A stretch of 63,991 bases of DNA, the filler included, from an uncultured bacterium (GTDB lineage: Bacteria; Latescibacterota; UBA2968), in the NCBI GenBank assembly GCA_964471275.1. It is 4 parts of 4 records of this genome, joined end to end, with 100 filler letters (N's around TTAATTAATTAA, not from the genome) between each part and the next. Parts side by side here need not be neighbours in the genome. Positions count along the whole stretch, not along the records: positions 1 to 19,418 come from CAYYGZ010000066.1; 3 more parts are not named here. One strand, written 5' to 3'. Shown here piece after piece: positions 1-10,381 of the stretch. A program made the translations under genes and the position numbers. A model generated the notes under the pieces. It saw only the letters and a list, made by a program, of their open reading frames with translations. It was not told the origin of the DNA and did not search any database. The stretch's first letter is position 1; each line of letters begins with the position of its first letter.

Positions 1-8
1 CCCTAGAA

Positions 9-228
9 TGTTACCAGTCCTAAAGTTAGGATATGGGACATAGAAAGGGGTCATCCTGGCAAGGAAGCGTTACACAGCAGAACAGATCATCGGTCATCTC
101 CAACAGGCTGAGATTCTGATATCCGAGGGCAAGACTATCATCGAGGCTGCTTGCCATCTCGATGTCAGCGAACAGACCTACTACCGCTGGCGTAAGGAAT
201 ATGGCGGCGTGAAAGTGGCCCAGGTCCA
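9..228 (+). mobile_element. Truncated IS3-family insertion sequence: left end plus 5' part of orfA (HTH)
   Basis: Frame from CTG at 56 reads ARKRYTAEQIIGHLQQAEILISEGKTIIEAACHLDVSEQTYYRWRKEYGG, a typical IS3 OrfA HTH. Candidate left end starts TG at 9. Similarity stops near 228 and no orfB follows. Confidence 0.8.
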
Positions 229-382
229 TCGTAGAGTCGTTCGGCGCTACCCGACACCGCTTTCAGAAAGACCAGTGCCGACGCAATCAGACCAAGGAGT
301 GTCGAGATGTCCATTCTTCCACCTTTCCTTTCTGAGTGCTGCACCGCTCGTCAAACACAAACGGGTGCTCCCATCTGACGAG

Positions 383-1417
383 CTAGCAGGACAGCGGATA
401 GCGTCCGAAGTCCTGTCCGGTGCGAACCATCGCTACATAGTTTTCGGGTTTGACTGATGAGTGAATACTGTTGCTCGAGGAGAGCATAAATCCCCCACCG
501 GGCGCGGCCGTCCCAATGCACGCTCGCACGGCCTGCTCGACTTCCTCAATGCTGCCGTGGCAGAGCAGGTCGCCGCAATCGATGTTTCCGATCAGACAGA
601 CACGATTCCCATACTCGTCTTTGACCCGGATAATGTCCATACCCGCCGACGGCTCGATCGGGTTCAGTCCTTCCGTACCTGTTTCCACGATCGCATCCAG
701 AATGGGCCAGAGATTGCCGTCGGAATGCTTGATCACCAGACCGCCTTCGTCGTGAATGGCATCGATCACCCGTTGGAGGCGAGGCAGAATGTGGCGCTGG
801 AAACATTCGGGAGAGAACAACGGGGCCGTGTTCATCGCGTAGTCGTCTCCGAGCGTTATGATGTCGGCACCCGCCCGGACGGCATTGCGGCAGATCTGCT
901 CGTTCACGTCCACGACCAGATCAAGGACCGCATCGGCCGACCTGGGATCCTCGATCAGCGCAATCAGCATATTCTCCATGCCCATCAAATAGCACGACCA
1001 CATAAAGGCGGCGCGGTGATGGAATACGATTGCCCGCTTGCCCTGGTATCGTGAGACAAACTCGGGCAGCTTACCCAGACGGCCTGGGGCATCGGGATCG
1101 GGTGGCCGATAGGTTCGCAGATCTTCTAGACAGCCGATCGCACCGCGAACCGGATGAGCCATGGCTTCTGCGTTGCGCTGGTAATGCACGCCCCATTCGT
1201 CGACCCACCTGTGATCGTCACCTGAGACACGTTGAAAGACAGGGCCACAGCCAACCACGTCCAGGTCGAGAAGCTCTGCCAACTCACCGACGTCACGGGC
1301 ATCCGGCGAGATCGCCCTCATCACCTTTGGATCGATCACCGTCTCGAAAATCGGCACCCGGTCGGGCTGCCCCAGCTTCATCGCTGTGAGGACTCGCTCG
1401 TAGCTGTTCATTTCCAT
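383..1417 (-). CDS. Uroporphyrinogen decarboxylase / MtaA-CmuA-like TIM-barrel protein
   Basis: MNSYERV..PDRVP, DEWGV, GDDYA, HSDGN, GNID, GGGFMLSSSNSI motifs. Confidence 0.85.
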   Translation of the reverse strand: MEMNSYERVLTAMKLGQPDRVPIFETVIDPKVMRAISPDARDVGELAELLDLDVVGCGPVFQRVSGDDHRWVDEWGVHYQRNAEAMAHPVRGAIGCLEDLRTYRPPDPDAPGRLGKLPEFVSRYQGKRAIVFHHRAAFMWSCYLMGMENMLIALIEDPRSADAVLDLVVDVNEQICRNAVRAGADIITLGDDYAMNTAPLFSPECFQRHILPRLQRVIDAIHDEGGLVIKHSDGNLWPILDAIVETGTEGLNPIEPSAGMDIIRVKDEYGNRVCLIGNIDCGDLLCHGSIEEVEQAVRACIGTAAPGGGFMLSSSNSIHSSVKPENYVAMVRTGQDFGRYPLSC

Positions 1418-1424
1418 TCGCCGT

Positions 1425-2572
1425 TCATCCCTGCAGAGATTCCCTGATTCCGCTGACCCTCTCTGGTGTGAGGGGCATGTCCGCCTGTTCCAGGACCGAG
1501 GTCAGCGCGAGAAGATTCTCATTGGATACAAGGTTTTCCGTGGACATCGTAATCACCAGCCTCTCGCCGCTCCCGACATCAGATAGAAGATCGAGAGCGT
1601 GGTTCATCGTTTCGTCAGTCCCGAGGATTTGCACCGATCCCGGGAAGCCAACCCAGACTGCTTTGTCGGGCCACATCGAGAGTGCCTCACCGACCGGCAG
1701 GTCACCCATAGGGGGAGGATGGAGTGCCTCCACGATGTCTATTGACGTCTCGGCGATCAGGTGCTTGAGAACATCGATCCGCCCGTCCATGTGGACTGCC
1801 ATCAGTTTTCCCTGTTCGTGAATCAGCTGGGCCTGCTCTTTGTAAACAGGAATGAAGTATTTCTCGAACAGATCCGGGGTGACCAGGACTCCGTCCACGT
1901 TGTCGCCACAGAGCACGATGGGCGACGGAGCCTTTGCGGCGATTTCGTGCAGAGACCTGCGGCTCCGGCAAAGGGCCTCGTAGAGCCCCTCGACCAGATC
2001 GGGATGGTCTGCGTGGTGGAAAAAGAACCGTCCTCCCTCGCTGCCCACCCAGTCGATCATCAGCATCTGCATCGGTGAGTGGGGAAGCGCGCTGAGCACA
2101 GCGCCGTCGTTTCCGAGCCAATCCATCGCCTGTTCGATCGGGAAGTAGTCCGCGACATACTCCGTATTCTCCACGATATACTGAACGATGCGATAGTCCT
2201 CCGGCTCCTTGATGAGACGCTCCGTCTGCCAGGGAGACACATCCCGCCAGCTGCGCTGCGCGTGCCATTGTCCGGTGCCGGGATCGTGTATCTCCACGGT
2301 TGAGACAGTGCCGACGGGGGTGTCGTATCTCCGCTCGACGCCACTCTGGCCCTTGACCAGCGTCCGTTTCTCGGTGATCTCGACACCGTGCATCTTCTCC
2401 ACCCAGCACGGTCTCGCCCAGCACATCCCCATCCCGCGGTTGCGGCATTCTCTCTCCGCCCAGCCGATCTGGCTGTGTCTCCAGTAGTGGAAGAAAGGCA
2501 GCTTGTCCGTGGCCTGCCCATGGCTCGCTGCCACGATCCGGTCGCGCCGACTCATTTCAGGTGTTGGGGTCA
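1425..2572 (-). CDS. URO-D-family-like protein (divergent)
   Basis: SRRDRI N-terminus, TPVG, GDNVDG, HMDG. Start uncertain (2572 or 2554). Confidence 0.7.
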
Positions 2573-2713
2573 TAGCTCGGTTTCCCGATCCAAGTGTGTG
2601 ACACAAGATGCAACGTTCAGATCACTGATGTTCAAAACCGAAGAGTCAGAGTGTGCACCGTGATATCCCCAGTCCTCGCAGCTGGCTCAGACGCAATCGA
2701 CCAGTGTAGCCAA

Positions 2714-3781
2714 TCAGTATGTAGTCTCGAGGACAACGTCCCGAAGGGCAAGATAGTTCTCCAGGGGCACGTCGTTGTTCAGCTCTGTGCTGCTCCCGAC
2801 CATGATGCGTCCTTCGGCCGCGTCGAGGGCCCGCTTGACTACGTCCCTCACTTCTCCCGGGGAGCCGAAGGGAAGCAATTGGGATACATCGATTCCGCCG
2901 GCCATAAACAGATGGGGATGACGGCGGTGAATATCGGCGATGTCCATTCCTGCGAGCACCTCGATCGGATTCAGACCGTCGATACCCGCCTCAACAAGAT
3001 CATCGAGGATTGGGTTCAGGTTTCCATCTGAGTGAAATAGAATCTTGATTCCCTGTGCGTGCCACGCCGAGATGACCCTTGCCAGACGCGGGGTGTAATG
3101 CTCCCTGAACCAGCCCGGACTCAGAAGCGGGCCTGAGTTGAAGGCGATGTCATCGCCCAGCATCCCGACGGCGAACCCGTGGTCTCTGGGGTAGTGGCTG
3201 GCCCGTGTGATCGCGCTGATCGTGTTACGCTCCAGAAGCTCCGCGATAACACCGGGGCAGTCAGTCAGAAAATAGCTGAATGCTTCGAGGCCCACTTCGC
3301 CGTAGATGCCCATGAGTCCCGGTCCCGCGATACCGGGCACGAGCAGCACTTCCCCCAGCTTCGTCTGGTCCACCTCGATCTTGCGCAGTGAGTCATCGAG
3401 TGACGTCTGCCGCTCAGGACCCCACGCACCGGGATCCGATGCCGCCATCTCCTGCTTCTTGACCGACGCATACGCATCGGAATTCGGGTACCTTCTGTGT
3501 TCCTTCCATGCGGTCCAGCGGTAGCGTCGCTCCTCTCTGCCATCCGGCAGTCGGATCGTCTCCTCTTTGTCCGGAAACCTTACGACGGGTCGTGTCGCAT
3601 CGATCGCAGGCTCGTATGCTTTGTGCACGACGTTGGGAGCATTCTCTACGGTCAGCTCACAACCCGTGAAGTGCTGTATGACGGCATCATTCCTCAGCAG
3701 GTCAAAGAGAGGCGCCCGATCGGGCATCTCACCATTGATCACGGCCAGCACTCTTTCTATAGATCCCTGCACATTAATCAC
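2714..3781 (-). CDS. URO-D family protein
   Basis: ERVLAVINGEMPDRAP, GDDIA, FHSDGNL, GGIDVSQLL, GSSTE. Confidence 0.85.
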   Translation of the reverse strand: MINVQGSIERVLAVINGEMPDRAPLFDLLRNDAVIQHFTGCELTVENAPNVVHKAYEPAIDATRPVVRFPDKEETIRLPDGREERRYRWTAWKEHRRYPNSDAYASVKKQEMAASDPGAWGPERQTSLDDSLRKIEVDQTKLGEVLLVPGIAGPGLMGIYGEVGLEAFSYFLTDCPGVIAELLERNTISAITRASHYPRDHGFAVGMLGDDIAFNSGPLLSPGWFREHYTPRLARVISAWHAQGIKILFHSDGNLNPILDDLVEAGIDGLNPIEVLAGMDIADIHRRHPHLFMAGGIDVSQLLPFGSPGEVRDVVKRALDAAEGRIMVGSSTELNNDVPLENYLALRDVVLETTY

Positions 3782-3931
3782 CGCCTCTTGTCAAACGATT
3801 CGGCCCCAGTCCTGCTGCAATTGGTGTAGGCCATCAAGTAACTTCACTTCGTGGTTCATCTGCCGGGAGCCTGTGCCGAGCAAGTGACCCGCTGATGGCG
3901 GGGCGCATCAGAAGGAACTCGTCGCGTCTCA

Positions 3932-4043
3932 ACCCTCACCGGGTCAGCTCTTCTCTCCCGCCGGCGGGAGAGAAGAGCTGACCCGAGGTCGGCGACCCCT
4001 TCGTACCGCGATCTCTCGTCGCCAGGCTCCTGCCTGGTGACGC
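3932..4043. repeat. REP-like intergenic element: perfect 46-bp palindrome plus a second hairpin
   Basis: CGGGTCAGCTCTTCTCTCCCGCC|GGCGGGAGAGAAGAGCTGACCCG at 3940-3985. Hairpin CGTCGCCAGGC-TCCT-GCCTGGTGACG near 4017-4042. Confidence 0.75.
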
Positions 4044-4190
4044 CAGAGCTGCAGGCATATTTCGCACTACTTACTCAAGTTCCCTAGAAACGCACGGTGG
4101 GGTCGACAGTTAACTGCCTTCGGTTGCGGTCGAGCAGGCCATGTTGTGCACTCCGCGCTGAAGATCTGCTATCTTTGGTCCGCTTACAGA

Positions 4191-5314
4191 TCAGGATAGG
4201 GGATAACCCCCCTCCGTAAAGACAACATCCAGCATGGCCATAAAATTGTCATACTGTGTGGCAAGAAGAATATTGTGACTGCTCCCGAGGATGAACCCAC
4301 CACCGTGCCCACAGTTCCGAATCGCGAAGCGCACCTGTTCCCGGATCTCGTCTGGCGTCGCCATACACAGATCGTGGCAGGAAACGCCTCCCCATAGTGT
4401 CACGCGATCGCCGATCTGCTCCTTGTAAACGTCGATCGGCTCGTGGGGTTCGATCGATTGATAGATGTCAACACCCGCCTCCGCCATCTCGTACGTCAGA
4501 TCGGACATATTCGCGTCACAATGGAAGTGCACCGCCCGTCCGCCCGCGTGAACCTCCTCACACAGTTTCCTGAGACCGGGTAAGAAGGCGCGTCGGAACA
4601 TCTCTGGTGAGCAGTAAGTCGTACGGCCGTAGCCATAGTCAGGCGAAATGCGAACCGCATCCAGACCCCGGTCCCCCAGCTCGCGCACCTTGTCCCGAAA
4701 CCCATCGAGCCGCGTAGTCTCCTCCTCCGCGATCCCCTCGGGGTCATCCGTGATCCGGGTCATCCAATCCTCGAACCGCTCAAAACGACCTTCGACGATC
4801 GTGGGCTGGTAGCTGCCGATTCCCAGACCGGGACCAGTGGACGCGATGATAAAGTGCGTCTCACCCAGTTCCTGTACGACGTAATCCCACAACTCCCACT
4901 CCGTCCCATCCGGTGGCGGTTGTTCCGGAGCATCGCCCTCACCTCTCACGACTAGCGTAAGCTCCTCCGTTTCCGCCACGTGCTTGTAGACGTTGCCCGC
5001 ACGATCCTCCCACGTATCGGGGCCCGTCTTCCGGGGCTTCTCCACGACCCGGTTGCGCGGAGGCACGAGCCACACGGGCAGAATATCCAGACCCGTCTTG
5101 CGAACGAATTCCACCAGATCACGCTTCTGACCGTCTACAACCTCATCGCGCCGACCCTCCCAATGAGCAAATACCTCCCGCGCGTGTGACCGGTAGAATG
5201 TCTTCCGACCAATCGCTTGCTCGATAACCGGGTAGTCCACATAGGCTTCACCGACCGGCACACGATCCGGCTCCTGGTGATCCAGGGCGGCATATACTCG
5301 CTCTTTTGACGTCA
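4191..5314 (-). CDS. URO-D family protein
   Basis: MTSKERVYAALDHQEPDRVP, HFHCDAN, LWGGV, GGGFILGSSHNI. Confidence 0.85.
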
Positions 5315-5539
5315 TAATGTTCCTCGACAAAGATCCCTGATTGTTGATCATCCGCAGATCACGAATAACGCCTTTCTGACGGTCTTGACGTGGCCGTGTC
5401 TTGCACGCTTGCCGGCTTCCCTCAGCCCCACCCTTTCGTTTTTTTACGTGCCTTTCGTAGTGAGCCGTTTCACCGAATCAAACCAGTGGATCGCTGCACA
5501 GACTTTCACCTCAGGGCCCTGTCTGGGCGATGTGGCTCG

Positions 5540-6101
5540 GTAAGATATCGATCGGAGAGTGTCTTGTCCTGTTCAACGGGTCCCGGTTCCTCCTCCTGTC
5601 CCGTCTCTCACCGAGGAACTCCCAAACGACGTCGCCTCCAACCGTCACTTCAAAAAGTCATCTGGAGTCCGAGTGTGCAATGAGGCAGTTTCCGTTTGGT
5701 AGCCTTTCGGGGGATCCGCGAGATGGTCAGTAGAAACTGCCCGTAGACTGGTATGTCCACCGGATCCCGCCTGACAGAGGATCCAGCTCCAGGATAGGGG
5801 TATAGCCTCGGATGCGGCGTGACACGTTGTTCCCGTTGTCGTAGATGAGCAGATTGCCGTTGGGCAGCATTGTGGGCATGTGCGGACCGAGGAGTTCACC
5901 GGACCCCCATGCCCACACAATTTCGTTGGTATCCTGATCGATCACGAACACCGTATCGATGTGCCGACCGCACACAAGCAGGTTGCCTGGTCGGAATCGC
6001 TCATCGTGTGACGCGGTCGGGCTATCGGGTAGAATCTCGGCTGTGTTGAGATGCGGCCAGTCCTTGAATGCGGGCAAAATCGGATGAATGTGCCCTATCA
6101 T
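5540..6101 (-). pseudogene. Arylsulfotransferase (ASST)-like beta-propeller remnant
   Basis: HLNT..GNLLV, PHMPTMLPNGNLLIYDNG. After the stop at 5727, ERLPNGNCLIAHSDSR*LFEVT..VVWEF carries a further internal stop. N-terminus missing. Confidence 0.7.
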
Positions 6102-6275
6102 CTAGCTGAGACGATACCCGCAACGAGCGGCAACGTAAATCGAACTGACGGCCCCTCTCTCGATCCAATCAGCATTGCCTTGCGAATCCACGTAGTCCTG
6201 GCCAGACCCTTTCGTGATTTTCGCGTCTTTTGTAGTAGGTCCCAGTTTCACCCGAATGCAGACCACCACCCGAGC

Positions 6276-6944
6276 TCAAATAAAGGTCGAGATCTCCTGT
6301 AGGCTGTGACGTTCGATATCCGGGACCGTAGCATCGTCCACCGGGTAGCCGCAGACAAGCAGCAGAAATGGACGTTCCGTGCTCGGGCGCTCAAGGATAT
6401 CCCTGAGAAACTTCATCGGGCTGGGCGTATGCGTAAGCGTGGCCAGACCCGCATTGTGCAAGGCCGCTATCAGGAATCCCGTCGCAAGCCCGACGGACTC
6501 GCTGGGATAGTAGGTCTTGTGTCGATCACCAGATTCATCGACGGTGAACCTCTTCAGAAAGACCGCGATCAACGCCGGCGCCTCCTCCAGGAACGGCTTG
6601 TTGGCATCCGTCCCCAGCGGCGCAATTGCCCCCAGCCACTCCTCGGACGCGCGGTTTTCGTAGAGTTCGCGCTCCTCGATCTCGGCTGCCTCGCGAATCC
6701 GGTCCTTGATCGTTGCATCTTTGACAACCACAAAATGCCAAGGCTGCAGGTTCGCGCCGCTGGGAGCGGCTCCCGCGGTCATAAGGGCATTCTCCAGCAC
6801 CGATTCTGGTACATCGCGACTTGAAAACTCCCGCACAGTCCGTCGTCTCGACATCAATTCGTAGAATGCCTGTGACGCACGTTGCATTGACGCCTCATCC
6901 TGAATCCGGAAATTCAGTGGAATCGTGCGATAGGATTCAACCAT
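6276..6944 (-). CDS. Nitroreductase, iodotyrosine deiodinase (IYD)-like
   Basis: RRRTVREF, APSGANLQPWHF, AAEIEERELY, PLGTDANKPFLE, ESVG, THTPSPM match the IYD subfamily. Confidence 0.8.
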   Translation of the reverse strand: MVESYRTIPLNFRIQDEASMQRASQAFYELMSRRRTVREFSSRDVPESVLENALMTAGAAPSGANLQPWHFVVVKDATIKDRIREAAEIEERELYENRASEEWLGAIAPLGTDANKPFLEEAPALIAVFLKRFTVDESGDRHKTYYPSESVGLATGFLIAALHNAGLATLTHTPSPMKFLRDILERPSTERPFLLLVCGYPVDDATVPDIERHSLQEISTFI

Positions 6945-7215
6945 TGTACCGACTCGCAATCTTCTCTTGGTCACACAGGCAATGACATACAGAACGACCA
7001 ATTCGACTATCCATGAGTGTGCGCCTTACCGGTTCTCTTCGCCATTGATAGTGCAATGCTGGAGAAGCACTGGGAATCAGCCATTACCCATTAGCCAACA
7101 CGTATTCCTGAGCCTTGAACTGACTCCCAGACTCCAGTCTACCGAACATCGTCGCCCCTGACCACCTACTTGCCGATTTGCCGACCTGCCACCTGCCGAT
7201 TCCCCAACCTCGCTC

Positions 7216-8151
7216 CTATCCCCACTCCCCCACAGCCACCCCGATCCGCTGTCTCAACCTCGGCCCAATCGCTCCGAACAGAAACACCTCCCCATCCTCC
7301 TCGATAATGCAGGGATCCGCAAATCGCTGGTTTGCCTCCCCGAAGAACGTGCGATCGCACACGGTGAACAGCTCGCCGACCTTCTGCAGATCAGCATCAA
7401 TCTCCACCGCACTCACATTCGTCAGGTTCCGCCCAACCGCACGCTCAGTCACTTCGTCGAGATGGAAGACCAGATAGGCTTTGTCGTATCGCTTCTGCAC
7501 AAAAGGGGAACAGACAAACGAGATCGGTCCGCAGTCCGCCAGGCTTACGATCGGGTCATCACAGAGCGACCACCGCTCACCGTCGTCTGACCAGGCGCCG
7601 TAGAGCCCGAACTTCTCGAACCGTTCCCAGCTGTCCTCCTCATACTTGAACAGAAGCAACACCATCAGGAAGCGGCCTGGCGTTCCGCTGAACGGACTAT
7701 TGAACACACGCGCATACGACGCCCCCGACATGTCCGCCATGTCCGGCGTCTTCACCGCTTCACCACCGTAGGTGAACTGAATGCCGTCCTTCGACCGCGC
7801 CCACCGTGTCGTATCGTTGTCTCCGTGGTAATAGAGCCAGATCTCCCGCAGATCCTCTCGCCACAGCACGTGCGGACTCGAGATGTGACCAACCTCATAG
7901 TGCGGCGCCCAGTCCTTTGCAATCAGCGGATTCCCCTTCGCCTCTCTCCACGGCCCCCGCAGATCATCCGCATACGCCAGACAGATCCCTCCGGGTGCAT
8001 TGTGCGGTGCATAGTACATGTAGTATCGTCCGAGAGGTTGCTCGAGTTTGTCATCCACCCGCGTCACACACGGAAAGATCACATCATCACACGGATTGTA
8101 CTCCAGTCCTTCAAAACCCAGCGCCACAAACTGCTCTCCAAACCTGATCAT
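7216..8151 (-). CDS. Five-bladed beta-propeller glycoside hydrolase-like protein (GH43/GH32 clan)
   Basis: YYMYYAPH, GPWRE..NPLI, HISSPHV, LYYHG, SKDGIQF, ADPCI blade motifs. Confidence 0.6.
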   Translation of the reverse strand: MIRFGEQFVALGFEGLEYNPCDDVIFPCVTRVDDKLEQPLGRYYMYYAPHNAPGGICLAYADDLRGPWREAKGNPLIAKDWAPHYEVGHISSPHVLWREDLREIWLYYHGDNDTTRWARSKDGIQFTYGGEAVKTPDMADMSGASYARVFNSPFSGTPGRFLMVLLLFKYEEDSWERFEKFGLYGAWSDDGERWSLCDDPIVSLADCGPISFVCSPFVQKRYDKAYLVFHLDEVTERAVGRNLTNVSAVEIDADLQKVGELFTVCDRTFFGEANQRFADPCIIEEDGEVFLFGAIGPRLRQRIGVAVGEWG

Positions 8152-8237
8152 TGATTCCTTTCCCCTCGTCCGACTTCCGCACAGCGCGAGAGGCGCCGGG
8201 CAACAACAGCTTATCCTTGTGCGTCATCTGCGGTTCA

Positions 8238-8999
8238 CTACTGGATCAACCCCATCACTTTATCGAACAGTACCCCGTTCGTCCCGACCGCTTCCTCTCC
8301 CCAGATCCCCGCCTTCCCCTGCCAGTCCGTAAACGTCCCTCCCGCCTCTTCCAGGATCGGCTGCAGTGCCGCGCAATCCCAGACCGCCATCACGGGGTCT
8401 AGCATCACGTCCGCTCGTCCTGTCGCAACCATCACATACCCGTAGCAGTCTCCCCACCCCCGTACCAGCCTGGCTTTCTCAATCAGCTCGTCCGCTTTGC
8501 CCGGCTTGTATTCTGCAAACGACTTCTGTTCTGTCACGATTACAAGTGCATCCTCGATCCGGTCTGTATCTGAAACACGACACCTCTTTCCGTTCCACCA
8601 GCATCCCAGCCCTTTGGCCGCATACGTCATCTCGTTCACACCCGGCAGATTCACGACGCCGATTGTCGGCACCCCATCAATCTCCACGCCAATCAACGTC
8701 CCGTAGAGCGGTACTCCCGCCACAAACGCCTTCGTCCCGTCGATTGGATCGATAATCCAGCGTCTCCCTGTCGTACCCTCCTCCTCGCCGTGTTCTTCAC
8801 CGATAATCCCATCATTTGGATACCGGTGCTTGATCAGATCACGCAGTTTTAGTTCAGCATTCTTGTCTGCGATCGTAACCGGGGTATCATCCGACTTTGT
8901 CTCAACAGCTACCCCTGTCTGAAAATACCCCAGCGTAATACGTCCCGCCTGCCAGGCCGCGTCTGTTGCGAAGTCCAGAAGCTCTTGTAGCTCGTTCAA
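8238..8999 (-). CDS. hisN: Histidinol-phosphatase, inositol monophosphatase family
   Basis: KSDDTPVTIAD, GEEHG, WIIDPIDGTKAF, RGWGDCYGY, WDCAA. Confidence 0.8.
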   Translation of the reverse strand: MNELQELLDFATDAAWQAGRITLGYFQTGVAVETKSDDTPVTIADKNAELKLRDLIKHRYPNDGIIGEEHGEEEGTTGRRWIIDPIDGTKAFVAGVPLYGTLIGVEIDGVPTIGVVNLPGVNEMTYAAKGLGCWWNGKRCRVSDTDRIEDALVIVTEQKSFAEYKPGKADELIEKARLVRGWGDCYGYVMVATGRADVMLDPVMAVWDCAALQPILEEAGGTFTDWQGKAGIWGEEAVGTNGVLFDKVMGLIQ

Positions 9000-9247
9000 T
9001 GCAGAATCTCCCTTTATCGTATTCGGTTTGTGTGGACAAGATGTGCTGGGCCTCCGTGCACATCACCCTCCCGCGCGGGGCGACCTCATCTGTGCTTTGT
9101 GCCTTGGCTCACCTCTGCCTGTCCCCCTGTGCTATGTTCTGCGCGCAACGCTTTACGCTCTTCTCTTCTGAAGGTATCCCTTGCTCCCGCGGAGTGCCAA
9201 CTTCATATTGCCCTGCCGAGTCCGAAGCATAATCCGAAAGGCGGCTG

Positions 9248-10306
9248 ATGCCTGACCCTGATGAACCATACAGCGTCTCGACCGAAACATATCTTCGATC
9301 ACTATATGCACCAGAGTATGCATACCAGAGCTGTCAGATTCAAGCTCTGGACCAGTTGCTCGAATGGCAGTTGGATGCGCGACACGATATCTTTCAGCTC
9401 ATCGGGTTACAACGGATGCAGGAGGAGTTGAGCAGCCATACACCGACGGTTGACCTGTCGGATTCCGAAGACCTCGGCGACTACACCCGGACCCGCTGTA
9501 CCATCGACACCGAGCCTGGATTCGACCTTCCTTTCTGGCTGCTTCGGCCTGGAACAGAGGGACCGCACCCGCTGACAGTGCTCCCTCACGGACACGATCC
9601 ATACGGGATGGACACAACGGTCGGTCTCCCCCGGAACGCGGAGCACGCCGCCAGGATCCAGGCAGAGGATCGAGATGTCGCTGTCCAGGCTGTTCGGCGT
9701 GGTTATGTTGCCATCGCACCCGCAACACGAGGAACCAGTGGTGACATCGGCATCCCCGACGTGGGCGGCAGACACGGCAAGCGAGGCTGCCGCAGCCAGC
9801 TGATGCACGCATTGCTCGCAGGGCGAACCGCGACGGGCGAGCGCGTCTGGGACGTCATGCGTCTGATCGACTGGGGGATTGAAACATTCGATATAGACGA
9901 GTCCCGGATTCTGGTGATGGGTAATTCGGGCGGCGGGGTCATCACGTGCTATGCTGCCGCCTGCGACGAACGCGTGACCTGCGCCGTGCCCAGCTGCTCA
10001 TACGCCAGTTTTGTCGGCGAGTCCGGATTCATCCATCACTGCGATTGCAATGCCGTGCCAGGCATCATGCGGTGGGGTGAAATCTGGGATCTTGCCGGCC
10101 TGATCGCTCCTCGCGCGCTCTGCATCGTTAACGGCCGCCACGACAATCTCTTCCCCATATCCGAGGTCGACCGCGCCGTCGCTGGTGCGCGTCGCATCTA
10201 CGACGCCATCGGCCACTCGGATCGGCTGGAACATCACTACGGCCCCGCCGGTCATCGCTTCTACAGCGACCTGATGTGGCCCTTTGTATCAAGGATTGAG
10301 GATTGA
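9248..10306 (+). CDS. Alpha/beta hydrolase (Abhydrolase_7 / carbohydrate esterase-like)
   Basis: PHGH, GERVWD, GNSGGG nucleophile elbow, LIAPR, catalytic GH near C-terminus. Confidence 0.8.
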   Translation: MPDPDEPYSVSTETYLRSLYAPEYAYQSCQIQALDQLLEWQLDARHDIFQLIGLQRMQEELSSHTPTVDLSDSEDLGDYTRTRCTIDTEPGFDLPFWLLRPGTEGPHPLTVLPHGHDPYGMDTTVGLPRNAEHAARIQAEDRDVAVQAVRRGYVAIAPATRGTSGDIGIPDVGGRHGKRGCRSQLMHALLAGRTATGERVWDVMRLIDWGIETFDIDESRILVMGNSGGGVITCYAAACDERVTCAVPSCSYASFVGESGFIHHCDCNAVPGIMRWGEIWDLAGLIAPRALCIVNGRHDNLFPISEVDRAVAGARRIYDAIGHSDRLEHHYGPAGHRFYSDLMWPFVSRIED

Positions 10307-10381
10307 GAACCGGATCCATCGGAAGGACACACACGCCTTTGACTCCCAATCCTCAATCTTCCATCCTCGATCACAAATAAA

